Shown: positions 24,605 through 36,647 of the stretch, piece after piece
Layout: every line of letters begins with the position of its first letter
Position numbering within the stretch: position 1 is the stretch's first letter
From: Callorhinchus milii
Lineage: Eukaryota
DNA: 64,000 nucleotides
Direction: 5' to 3'
Assembly (NCBI RefSeq): GCF_018977255.1
Contig: NW_024704743.1
Coordinates: forward strand, 26,600,001 to 26,664,000
Made by a program: the position numbers and the translations under genes
Notes under the pieces: model-generated
Seen by the model: only the letters and a program-made list of their open reading frames with translations
Told to the model about the DNA's origin: nothing
Databases searched by the model: none

Positions 24605-26780
24605 ATTGCCTGTCAGACAACCTGGATGAGAGCCAGCGTTCTACAGCTGAACGTCAGCTAGACCGAAGCTCTCTTATTGGCTCGCGCCAGCGCCTCCGCA
24701 TCTCAGGCACTGGCAGCATCAGCATCCACGGATGCATACTCCACCTCACCAAGCCAGTCAGGAACCTGGGCGTCTTGTTTGACCCTCGACTGTCCTTTCT
24801 ACCCCATATCCATGGCACACTCTTGCTTCCCCCACCGCCGCAACATTACCCGACTCCGACACTGCCTCACCCCTCAAGCCGCCGAAACCCTCATACATGC
24901 CTTCATCATGGGCCTCTCCCACACCAGGCTCCGTGACCTCCTCACACCCACCCTGGCCCGGCTCCATTTGTTCCCCATCCCTCAGAGGATTGAGTTCAAA
25001 ATTCTCGTCTTCAGCTACAAAGCCCTCCATGGACTTGCCCACTCCTAACTCTCTGACTTGTAGTGTTCGGTAATGTTAGTGTTCAGAGTTTTAAAAGAGG
25101 TGGCTGCAGAGATAGTGGATGCTTTGTTTTTGATCTTCCAAAATCCCCTGGATTCTGGAATCGTTCCCATTGATTGGAAGGTCGCAAACGTAACACTGCT
25201 ATTTAAGAACGGTGGGAGACAAATAATGGGGATCTATAGACCAGTTAGTCTGACATCGATGGTAGGGAAAATTCTGCAGTCCTTAATTAGGGACATCGTT
25301 GTGGGGTACTTAGAAAATCATAACATGATTAGGCAGAGTCAACATGGCTTTACGAAAGGGAAATTATGTTTAACAAATCTTTTAGAGTTTTTTGAGAATG
25401 TAACTAATGGGTTAGATAGGGGGGAACTAGTAGATGTGGTGTACTTGGATTTCCAGAAGGCATTCGACAAGGTGACACATAAAAGACTGTTGCATAAAAT
25501 TAGAGCCCATGGAATTAACGGTAATATGTTAGCATGGATTGGAGAGTTGCTAACAGGAAGATAACAAAGAGTAGGGATAAACAGATCTTTCTCGGATTTG
25601 CAGGATGTGACTAGTGGAGTGCCACAAGGATCAATGCTTGGCCCTCAATTATTTACAGTCTATATCAATGATTTAGATGAGGAAATAGAATTTAACATAT
25701 CTAAATTTGTGGACGATATGAAGCTAGGTGGGAGAGTAAGCTGTGAGGATGACACAAGAAGAATACAAAAAGAAATAGACAGGCTAGGTGAGTGGACAAG
25801 AAGGTGGCAGATGGAGTATAATGTGGGAAAATGTGACGTTATTCACCTAGGTAGTAACAATAGAAAAGCAGATTATTTTCTAGAGGGGGAGAGACTAGTA
25901 GTGTTAGTGTTCAGAGAGATTTGGGTGCCTTGTACACCAGTCACAAAAAGTTAGTATGCAGGTACAGCAAGGAACTAGGAAGGCTAATGCCATTTTGGCG
26001 TTCATTGCAAAAGGCTTAGAATGCAAGTATGGGAATTCTTGCTGCAGTTGTACAAGGCCTTGGTGAGACCGCACCTAGAATATTGTGTGCAGTTTTGGTC
26101 TCCTTATTTAAGAAAGGACATACTTGCCTTAGAGGGTGTAGAGCATAGGTTCACTAGGTTGGTTCCTGGGATGAGGGGGTTGACCTATGAGGATAGGTTG
26201 AGTAGACTAGGCCTATAATTCTCTAGAATATAGAAGAATTAGAGGTGATCTTATAGAAACCTATAAGATTCTTAAGGGTCTTGACAGGGTAGATGCCGTG
26301 AGACTGTTTCCCCTGGTTGGAGAATCCAAAACTAGGGATCATAGTCTCAAGATTAAGGATCAGCCTTTTTGAACTGAGTTGAGGAAACGTTTCTTCACTC
26401 AGAGGGTAGTGAATTTGTGGAATTCTCTACCCCAGAAGGCTGTGGATGCTCAGTCCTTGAACATGAATATTCAAGACTGAGATTGATAGATTTCTAAAGT
26501 ATAGAAGGATTAATGGATATGGGGATAGGGGGGGTAAATGGAATTAGGTTAGAAGATCAGCCATGATTTTATGAAATGGCGGGGCAGGCTCGAAGGGCCG
26601 AATGGCCTACTCCTGCTCCTACATCTTATGATCTTATGGTTCTGCTAATTCCTTATCAACCTGTCCACTCCCTCCACTCAGCAGGTTCCAGCCTCTCTGT
26701 GTCCCCTGCCCAGCATGCCCCACCATTGGTGGTCTGCCCCAAAGGTGCTTTACAAATGTAATTTTGTATGGTATTGTATA
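24605..26780 (+). mobile_element. L2 3' fragment split by the CR1 insertion (24605-25060 and 26644-26780)
   Basis: AAETLIHAFI and [24 protein letters not shown] on the left. ctaattccttatcaacctgtccactccctccactcagcagg on the right continues the L2 sequence seen at 37420-37460. Confidence 0.9.
25061..26643 (+). mobile_element. 5'-truncated CR1 LINE, well-preserved RT pseudogene
   Basis: YRPVSLTS, QHGFTKGKLCLTNLLEFF, YLDFQKAFDKV, GVPQGSMLGPQLF, KFVDDMKLGG, LVRPHLEYCVQFWSP. Broken by stops and frameshifts. 3' hairpin and (atcttatg)2 tail. Confidence 0.97.
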
Positions 26781-27088
26781 TTAACAGTGGGAGATATGAA
26801 GGATCACTTGTCATTGTGTTCAGTTGAGTAATGGTGTTGCGAATGTACCCTGGCCATTTTCACCAATGTGTAACTTTATCTGAAAAAGACAGAAAGTTCC
26901 TATTTCTAACTGTCCCTTTTTAGTCAGATAATTAACTTTTAGTGATCGGGCAAGCTGGGCCCAATGCCTCTGGGACAGTCAATAAATGTTATACTTTTTG
27001 CTGTAAATGCATACTGAACAAGATACAAACCCGCAGAGTCTGATGTAGGGCTATAATTTAGAAAATGAAATATCTTCACCTCAGGGAT

Positions 27089-27430
27089 GGAGTCCTGTAG
27101 CTCAGTGGTTGGAGTACCTGGGTTTGATTCCTGGGCAGGGCAAAACCTTAAGCAAGTTTTCTTACTCCACACTCCTCTGTTTACCTAGCAGTAAGTAGGA
27201 ACCCGGTTGTTAGTAAATTTGTGGATCGCTTTTCTGGGGGTAACAGTCCCTTAAAAAAATTAATTGGTTCACTCAATCCACGGCCGTGGATTATGGTTCT
27301 TGGCTGCCGCGATTTGCCCACAAAATACACAGTCAATTAACTTTACAGTATATTCTGTGAAGTGCTTTGAGACGTCTCAAAGATGTGATAAGGCACTATA
27401 TCAAATGAAAGGATTATGATTATTATTATT
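27089..27430 (+). mobile_element. Full-length tRNA-derived SINE, long variant
   Basis: A/B-box head, extra module ctctgtttacctagcagtaagtaggaacccg, Deu-like domain, (ATT)n. Confidence 0.92.
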
Positions 27431-29489
27431 AAACTAAAAGGTGGCATTTGGACCCTGAAAGGAACAAGCCTGAGTGGGGTGCCGCCACCTTCTACCAGTT
27501 ATCAAACATTTCTTAACTTATTTCAGTACTCGAACAATAACCTGCTGAATGAGTCAAACTGACACTGACACTATTTTACATGGTAGTGATTTTGGGTGTG
27601 TTGACACAAACACAGAAAGCTTTCTATCTTTGAATATAGTCTGGAAATGGGATAAAATCCCATGAGGTAAAGTTTTCTCACTCTGTTGCCGATGAGGACC
27701 ATATTTGAAATCCATTTGGCCACCCTCAGCTCCATGGCCTGTTACATTCCCTCTCAATCCCCGGGCTTGTGAGGAGAAATAGTAGTCAGTATTTCTGTTC
27801 CTGATGACTATTTCCCTGTTGGAAAGTAAATATATGACCTTGGGGTGGGGGAACAGGTCAGATAAGATGCTGACGCTCACTGTCACGGTTCACAGATGAA
27901 TATTAAAAGCCAGGGAGATAAGGTATCGGAAAGTGATTAGCCCTTTTGTAGCTGTGTACTGCACCAACAAAAGTCAGTATTTTCAAAAGAGGAGGCGAAA
28001 AAATACAGAGCCCCAAAACATAAAGAAACAATAATTTGAACAAGAGGGAGCTTATGCATCAGTGGGAAGGGATTGTTCAAGTCATGTCATTGCCAGGATT
28101 TTATTCAGGTTTAAAATGAAATCTATTGGCTTGGAACACTGCTACAATTCAACAAATATAACAACTGAATATTATTCCTTGTAAGCTTGGCTGCTGCTGA
28201 GGTCACAATGTGACAGTCTGGTCTCCAGGCAGGCAAGATAGCAAGATCCTCATCTATTTCTTTTAAATTATTGTGAGTTTGTTTGCTTGAACAGGTGAGG
28301 TTGCACAGGGCAGTCTATGCTCCAGGGAGGGCTGTCATCACACACAACATTGGACTGCAATGCATGGAAAACACAATTACTCCAAGTACACACAGATGTC
28401 CTCTCTCAGTGAAGAACACCTGAAGGTTTTTACTGTTTATGAGTGGTGTTTCTGGATGTATGTCAAGTCAATCTAAAGGACTACCTTTTGAGAATGAAAC
28501 ACAGGCATGAATGTAATCCACCTTCTCAAGCACAAGTCTCAGATACATAACTCACAATATCTACACAACCAAATAGACACGGGAATGAGGGCAATAATTG
28601 AAATAAGGGCAACGCTAAAATTTATGGCAATACATCTTAGATTACAGCAGTTGGGCCCATTGCAGAGGATTAGCTAGATGATGAATGACTTTTCTTTACA
28701 CATATACAAAGGCTGAATAACTCACAGTGCTTCCAGCCTGCAATGAGTTATGCTATAATTTAGGAACCTATAGATTATTCTATGTAAATCGAGATTCTTA
28801 CATATTATTATAAGTAAATTTCAATTTTATTTAATTACTTTAATGGTGTCTAAAATGAGATTGCACGCATTTTAATGCTCCTTGTTAATTCAAGCCACTT
28901 CACCTGCTTGCTGGCAGTCCAAAGCTACCAGCCAGAAGTTCAATGCTGCAATCCTATTTTGTGAATGTGGCCATTGAGAACGCCCTCGGGGAATCCACCT
29001 CTCGCACATCCAAGTATGTTTGATATGATAAACAGTATGTATCACTAAATTGACACAAATAAATCTAGATGACGGATGTGTTACAAGTTTAAAAAATGCA
29101 TCAAAGATTGTTTGATGTGATGAAATGCTGCACTTCAACAAAATGTATTGTAACACCATCAATACCTATGGAGGGGAGATTTGTTTCCAGCAGTCATGTT
29201 TCCCAATAAAGTAAAGCAAAAGCTCCATAATTGGTGGCAATGACCTGGTTCACTACTATCAGATTTGCTGCCACTGAAGGCATTGGCTATGACAGGTGAT
29301 ATTATGACAAAGGGATGACATTTCCCTCTGGAGATACAATTCAACATTACTAAACAAGAATCACACTGTTAGGGCTATTTAGGTTCTAGAGTAGACTGTG
29401 GACACAATTTCACTAAATAAATTAAACAGGACTTAACAGAAAAGGACTGTGTAGAGAGGATGCACCTTCCTCCTCCTCCTCTTCCTCAT

Positions 29490-29840
29490 CTCCTCTGTAA
29501 TTTTCTTATCACTTACCCTCAAGGCAGTGGTTAATACTGAAGCAGGGTTCCATGAACACTGGAACCTTTCAGTGCTATCCCCAATTGACCATACTTCACT
29601 TGTGAGTCCGGATAATGAGTTTTGGCAGGATATTCAACTATGAGGACATCCCAGCTGAGTCCAGTCCTGTCCTTATTTGACTTTCCAAAGCACATTTTGC
29701 ATTATGAGTCACTGGATAGCAATCAGGAATGGAAAACCAAGTTGATTTTTGCCCCCCACAGCACATGCCAATTTTAACATTTACATTACTGTCACGAATG
29801 AGATGAACTAACTAACTCACCATAGGCTGAACATGAGACT
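29490..29840 (-). mobile_element. Ancient tRNA-SINE relic, AmnSINE2-like
   Basis: gtcactggatagcaatcagga, cagctgagtccagtcctgtcctta and gagatgaactaact are collinear with 17030-17350. Confidence 0.6.
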
Positions 29841-30229
29841 GTACTAAAGCTCAATATTTTTCCACGCATATCAAACGTACCTTTCCTTTATTAGGATGTG
29901 CATAATCATTCATTACTATTATTATAATTATAATAATAATTATTATTATTCATTCTTATAACATTGGTTCATGTATATATACTTCTCCCAAGTCAGGCAA
30001 GTCCTATGCATTGTTTAAGCAGAGCCTTTTATTTCTACCAAAAGGGGACAAGATGGATGCTTGAAATGCAGGGGAAAAAAAGTTATGAGGAACAAACAGA
30101 CAAATGAGATTAGATTAGATGTTCCACGTTATAATTTGCAAGGTAGGGAAAAAGCAGGCAAACTTTGCCCATTACCTGTTAACTTCAACTATATTGTTTG
30201 TCCCAAAGTCGTTGTCTCTCCTGCCATGG

Positions 30230-30593
30230 TAATAATAATAATAATCTTTGCATTTGATATAGTGCCTTATCACATCATTGAGCACTTCACAGAATACACT
30301 GTAAAGTGAATTGACTGTGTGTTTTGTGGGCGAAACACGGCAGCCAATTGCACACAGCAGTGTCCCACAAACATTTGTGGATTGAGTGACCAAATGTTTT
30401 TTTAAGGGATTATTACCACTGGAGAGTGATCCACCGATTAACAAGCGGGTTCCTACTTACTGCTAGGTAAACAGAGGAGTGTGTGGGCGGAGCAAAGAAA
30501 CTTGCCTATGGTTTCGCCCTGACCCACCCAGGAATCGAAACTGGGTCCTCTTGCATGCCGGTGAAGGCTCTAACCACAACGCTACAGGACTCC
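30230..30593 (-). mobile_element. Full-length tRNA-derived SINE, long variant
   Basis: Reverse complement of the 27089 type. Confidence 0.92.
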
Positions 30594-31072
30594 AATTGGG
30601 GTCTTGAGGTCATGACTTGATCTCAGGCACAGAGAAATCGTTTACAAAACCATTGTACCCCAGTGGTGGAGGGAAGCTGTCCCAGAGGTACATGGGAAGG
30701 GATGTTCTGCCTAACTCTCTCCCTCAAACCCTCTGCCTTGCCTTCTCCCGCCCCACCTTCAAATCCCGTCTAAAGACCTTCCTTTGTAATCGTGCTTAAG
30801 GTCACCTCCCACCTCCCTCTCCGCTGGCTCATTGTTTGTTTTCAGACTGTTTTCAGCTCACAACAAGGACATTTGGCCTGTTATATCTGTGCAGGTAGTA
30901 GTTTCCCCACTGGAATTATCTGTTTGAATCCCATTGACAAGCTCTTAATGTTTTTATCCACTATTTATACGAAATTTAAATCACGTAATGGTTGGAAACC
31001 AATGACCTCAAATAAATAGGCATTGATATTACAATATTACAAAATACTCCACAAAGTGTGAACCTACAAGCT

Positions 31073-31338
31073 TAATAATAATAATCATTGATAAAGCATC
31101 TTTCACATCTGAAGGATGCCTTACAGCAATTCACAAGATAGACAGTAAAGTGTAAGGACTGTGTATTTTGTAGGTGAACACACCAGTCAATTTGCACACA
31201 ATAGCACACATGAAGTGTGGCAATTTTATTTGGGAGATTATTGGTCAGGACACCGGGTGAAACACCTTTCTCTTTCTGAGTAGTGCCATCGGATATTTAT
31301 CATTCACCTGAACAGGAGGACAAGATCTTGGTTTAACA
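31073..31338 (-). mobile_element. Old Deu-type SINE 3' part
   Basis: Tail, caatttgcacaca, gtcaggacaccggg and gtgccatcggatattt...cacctgaacagg. Confidence 0.7.
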
Positions 31339-34294
31339 GCCAAGCTTCCTTTTAAATCAAATCAAAGAACGTCCACACTTGTGCTTCGAAACTCCTTCAT
31401 AACCTGTTCTTTGAGATGAATAAAACAATGTTTGATAAAAAAAAATGAGCAAACCAAATTGGTAATTCCTATGCCTTAGTGATGGTAGCTGAAAATGATA
31501 TTATATTACAAACTAAAGCATTATAACAGGCTTGGAAAAAAATCTCATAAGAAGAAACATTTAAAATAAATTATGGAAATAATGAAGCACTAATGGAGTG
31601 CACGGCCATTTAGTCTCAACCGAATACCTGTCCTGAATTTTCAGGCTTATGAAAATCATAAAAATGCATAAGAAATAAAACCGACAGAGCATTTCTCCAA
31701 TTTTCTCCTGTTCGCTTTGAAGGTATGACTCATGCTGGGCTACGCATCCAAGAGAAAGAATGAAGTCACGGGCGACAAGTAGCCCAGAGTTAAATTGTGT
31801 AAGAAATTGTGTAAGTGGAATAGAAATTTTGCAACATTTTTAAATTCAGTCTATAATTTGGAAGCCGGTTCTTTTCAAGGACTGCTGAAAGTGTACTTGC
31901 TAATTTAGACTGAATTTAAGAATTGTTCACAAATCTGTACTATCTAAAAATGTTAAGAAATAATCATCTTACAGGCTGTAAGAGATTTTTGCTCGATTTA
32001 TCTCTAGGGAACAGGAGGATTTAGGCAGAGTTTCCCCCAAGGAGATAAATGTGTGGAATGGAGTAGGTTTTGTTAGGTCTTGTTTCATGTTCTTGATGCT
32101 CTTAAAAGAGATGGAAAACTAACCCTTACCAACACTGACATTCAAACATCCATCGTTAATAGATAGGGAGGCAAACAAAATTCTTTTGGAAGTTTTCCTC
32201 TCCTCCTCCCAGTGTCTAGGCAGATTTCTCTACAGACAGCTGTGGAAGCAGTTGACTTTCATCATCCCATCTTAAACAGATAACAATTGCTTCAGACAGC
32301 TCAAGTGTCGCATAACAATTTCTTATTTGATTCAGCGTATTTTCCCTTGAATACCTGGATTATTGTAGAATAATTAACTACTATATTTCTTGTGGTTATT
32401 ATAATGTGTGAATTATAATAAAACGAACGAGGTTTTTAGCACAATGTTAGCAAAGAAGTTACATTAAATGATAAATTCTCCTGGGAGCAAAGTTGTCCTT
32501 TCTTGCTGTTTAGTTTCCTATGCTGAATTCACAATGGATATGTGGCAATGCTATTCCTGTCCTTGGACAGCTGTTCAGGGCTCCTATGGAGACCCTTGGG
32601 ATAGAAAGTTCCATCTGTTTGCTCCTGTTCTAAAAGCCCAATACAAATGGCATTTGGGATTTTTCCAAGCAATCTATTCGATCCTGGTCAACAGCAAAAT
32701 AGATATTGAACCATCTGTTATCCATTTCAAAACGTTAATTCATTCCTATTGAATTAATTATTTTGTGATCTTTGCACAGCGCTGGTACAGCACTATCAGA
32801 CGAACTGACCTGACCATTGTTGTGTTTATTTTTCTTCAGCATGATCTGGAGTATTTAGATTTCAATCGCATGGCTATGGTTCTTATTCTGATGTAATTCC
32901 TTCTGATGTATTCCCTTTGGTCAGAAACCTTTTTCCATCACCCTCAGTTTTTTATGTGTGTAAAAAAAAGGTTCATTGTACCGCTGTTGTGTTTATTCCC
33001 ACTTCACAGGATAGCATTTCCTGTCTGAAAAGGCAGGAAGATGTCTTGTTTCGAGACATTCACTCACACCAGTCTAAACCAGCTCCTAATTATCTGTTTA
33101 TTACACAATTGCTTCAAATAAAAATGACTAATACATATACAATACAAATTAACATTTATATAGCACCTTTCATGTTGGGAAGATGTCCCAAGGCACTTAA
33201 TGCATATGATAAAGAATAAGATCCATCCCACTAACCACTGAAGTTGCAATCTCTTCATCGTGTCTTTATAAAGAAGTGGTTCCATTGTAAAGACACAACA
33301 AAAAGATCGCTATTCATAGCAATCATACTAGCACAATGGATTACAATGTCTAACATTTGTTAGAACAGAACCATAAGGAGGAAGATTGCTAAGTATTTTG
33401 TTGTTTTCAGCAGGAAATCTGTTTAGTTCGGCCCTTTATCTTGCCTACAATCATTCAATAACTGGATTTCTGTTGGCAGAATTATGGTCAATGATGTTTT
33501 TTTCAAAACCCATTGCTAATTTGAATAATGGAAGATGGGTGAGAGAACTTTGCAGCTGATTCATCTAATTTCTAACCGACCTGATGTGTAAGGGTTAGAA
33601 AGTTGTTACTATCACCCAGATCAAATGAACCCACAACTGTTACCATAGAAGGTATCAGACATATCCAGTTTAACTTTGCATATCGACTTAGACTTGACTT
33701 TATCTAATTTCCTCTCTGACCGAAAAAGCCTGCCACTGCTTTTGGGATTGATGGCAAGAGTAATGTTGAATCCAAGATAAAAAGATGTTTATGTGACATT
33801 AGTGTTCTGTCAGACAAAGTTCACTGCAAGCTTCTATAGAAATGTACAAACCCTGGGGAGATCCTAATTGCCACAGTTCAACTAAAGGTGATTTCCAACC
33901 CATAAGATTCCTTTTAATTATAAAAATCTCTGCACTTCTACCCCATCTCTCCCACCACCCCATGAAAGCCATCATTACAATTAATTTCTGTGCCCTCATT
34001 TCCTCTCTTGTTTACCCTAATCTCCCAATTTCTTGTTCACCCGTACAAGCGCAAACTTTATTTTAATCATTGCACATCGCAATCTGGGTGAATAACATAT
34101 AATAGAAACTAGGTAACAGTTAAATTCTCTAATAACGTTATTAAATTTTAAATATGTTCTTTGAAATACTAAATAATGTGTTTCATGAGTGCAGCACGTT
34201 GACTGCTAATTTCATTTGAATGAGTTATACTAAATTCACTGAAGATGAACGATATATACACATACTGTAGTTGGCAGTGATATATTACACCAAA

Positions 34295-34410
34295 CGGCAA
34301 ATAATGGAAATCTAAAATAAAACCAGAAAGTACTGGTAGTAAAAGGCACATCGATCAACAACTGAATGAGAATGACAGGTTAATGTTGCAGGTGATTTTT
34401 CATCAGGATG
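34295..34410 (-). mobile_element. Degenerate Penelope-like 3' end, including a decayed hammerhead region
   Basis: ggaaatctaaaataaaaccagaaagtactgg...ttaatgttgcaggtgatttttcatcagga aligns with the reverse of 36218-36332. Confidence 0.5.
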
Positions 34411-35162
34411 GATACAGTCAAATTGGAGAAAACATTTTTACAGGAATGAGATGTGCAAGACATTGACAAGAAAGTGAGGACATTGTCAAGGAAGTACTTG
34501 CGTCAGGCAGAGGTCAAACGTTTAAATTTATTAAGTGCATTCACAACGAGGTATCTTATTCATGAATCAATAGGTGTCCTAATAGTTAAATTAGTAATCA
34601 TTCTAATGGTCGAGTTAAAATGTGCACTGGTTCCCTTAAAGAGAGAGTACTGTTGACATGAGAAGTGTACTTAGGGTTAATTTGAGAGGTGTACAGTACT
34701 TGCCGTTATCAGCTCCACCCTCAGGAAACCCTCAAGAATCTCTCACATGACTCCTCCATGTTCTACAACTGCTTACCCATGTACAACCTAGGTGTTGGAA
34801 TGAGTCAGTGTTTACTAGTTTCACTCGCTCCTTCCTCTTCTATCACTCCCTCTTTCAGACATGCCAATCTGATTTCCAGCTCACCCATGAAACCCAGTCT
34901 GTCCTGGTTAAAGTCGTCAACAATGTTCTCTACAACTGCAACCATGGCTCACTTTGCCTCTTTGTTCTCCATGAACTCTAAGACACTATCCTGCAAGAAA
35001 GGTACTATACAAATGCAAGTTTTTGTTGGTTAATTCTCTACCACTTTAAACACCATGAATTATTCTATTCTTCGCCACTGTCTCTACTCCTAACTCAAAC
35101 AAAAAGAGAGAGAGCTGGGAAAACGCAGCAGGTCAGGCATCATCTATGAAGAAAGGAAATTG

Positions 35163-35199
35163 AGTCAATGTTTTGGGTCCATGACCCTTCGTCAGAACT
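35163..35199 (-). ncRNA. Minimal type I hammerhead ribozyme motif, core-mutated (left arm)
   Basis: Reverse complement is agtt-ctgacga-a-gggtc-atg-gaccc-aaaacatt-gact, identical to the right-arm copy. Confidence 0.75.
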
Positions 35200-35565
35200 G
35201 GGGGCTGTTGGGAGGAAGAGGTTTTAAGGACAAGTTGAGAGGGGGAGGCAGAACAAGGAAAACAAAGATGACAAAAAAGAAGACAAAGGAGAGAATGTGT
35301 TAGTTGATGGGTTAAAGAGGTGATAGTGGTGTGAAACAAAAGGTGGGGGAAACAAAACTGGGGAGAAGAGGTGTTAATAATAATAATAATCCTTGCATTT
35401 GATATAGCGCTTCTCACGTCGGGAGGACGTCCCAAAGCGCTTCAAACAGTGCAGAACAGGCAACACATCAGAGAGAAGCACAGAGTGTCTGGGGTGATGA
35501 TTGTAATGATAATAGAAGGTAGCTCTTCTCATAACAGAAAGAGGGGGAGGGGGGAAGGTGAGCTG

Positions 35566-35859
35566 TTATAGTCTGAAGTGTCTGAAATCGATATTGAGGC
35601 CAGAGGGCTGTAAGGTTCCTAGCAGATAGACAAGATGCTGTTCCTCGAGCTTTCACTGTGAATCATTGGAACAGCGTAGGAGACTATGGATGGAGAGGTC
35701 AGGCTGTGAAAGGGAGTGTGAGTTAAAATGGCAGGAGACTGGATGATCAGGGTTGACCTTGCGTACAGAACAGATGTGTTCTTCAAATCGGTCACCCAAT
35801 CTGTGCTTAGTCTCCCCAATATAGAGGAGACCACACCGTGAGCAGTGGATACAGTATAT
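35566..35859 (-). pseudogene. PLE GIY-YIG endonuclease C-terminal fragment
   Basis: IYCIHCSRCGLLYIGETKHRLGDRFEEH...PVSCHFN...Q*KLEEQHLVYLLGTLQPSGLNIDF. The Cx2C between the GIY and YIG motifs plus downstream histidines is typical of PLE endonucleases. One in-frame TGA at 35653-35655. Confidence 0.92.
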
Positions 35860-36215
35860 ATAAATATAATTTTGTTGCAGCCACTTCAGACCACAACAGC
35901 TCACCGTTTCCCCCTCCCCCTCTTTCTGTAACCAGAAGAGCTATCTTCTGTTATCATTACAATCATCACCCCAGACACTTTTTGTCTCTCTCTGGTGTGT
36001 TGCCTGTTCTGTACTATTAACAGCTCTTCTCCCCAGTTTTGTTTCAACCCATCCCCTTTTTTGGTTTACAACCCCCCTTTTGTTTTATGTCACTATCTTT
36101 AACCCATCAACTAACACATTCTCTCCTTTGTATTCTGTTTTGTTGTCTTTGTTTTCCTTGTCCTGCCTCCCCCTCTCAACTTGTCCTTAAAAACCTCTCC
36201 CTCCCAACATGCCCC

Positions 36216-36252
36216 AGTTCTGACGAAGGGTCATGGACCCAAAACATTGACT
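36216..36252 (+). ncRNA. Minimal type I hammerhead ribozyme motif, core-mutated (right arm)
   Basis: Stem I agtt/gact, CUGACGA box at 36220-36226, stem II gggtc/gaccc. The expected GAAACGUU reads AAAACAUU. Confidence 0.75.
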
Positions 36253-36332
36253 CAATTTCCTTTCTTCATAGATGCTGCCTGACCTGCTGAGTTTTCCCAG
36301 CTCTCTCTTTTTGTTTCAGATTTCCAACATCT

Positions 36333-36647
36333 GGAGTCCTGTAGCTCAGTGGTTAGAGGACCCGCCTTGCAAGCGAGACACCTGGGTTCAATTCCAGGCA
36401 GGGTGAAACCTTGGGCAAGTTTCCTTACTCCACACGTCTAATAACAATCCCTCCAAAACAAAACAATAATAAATTGGGCATTTTCAATCTATGACTGTTT
36501 GTGGGACACTGCTGTGTGCAATTGGCTGTTATGTTTCGCCCACAAATATACAGTCAATTCACTTTACAGTATATTCTGTGAAGAGTTTTGAGACGTCTAG
36601 AAAACATGAAAAGCGCTATATCACATTCAAGGATTATTATTATTAAT
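36333..36647 (+). mobile_element. Full-length tRNA-derived SINE (short variant) inserted in the PLE tail
   Basis: A box at 36342-36352, B box at 36385-36395. It splits catctg|cagtatttt, with a short tct(g) repeat at both ends. Confidence 0.93.

Noticed and set aside
29905..29952. Palindromic (ATT)/(AAT) tract and other short tandem repeats (5258-5290, 6640-6686, 18632-18671, 29467-29490)
   Set aside because: Ordinary microsatellites or slippage duplications. No regular repeat-spacer periodicity, so not CRISPR-like.
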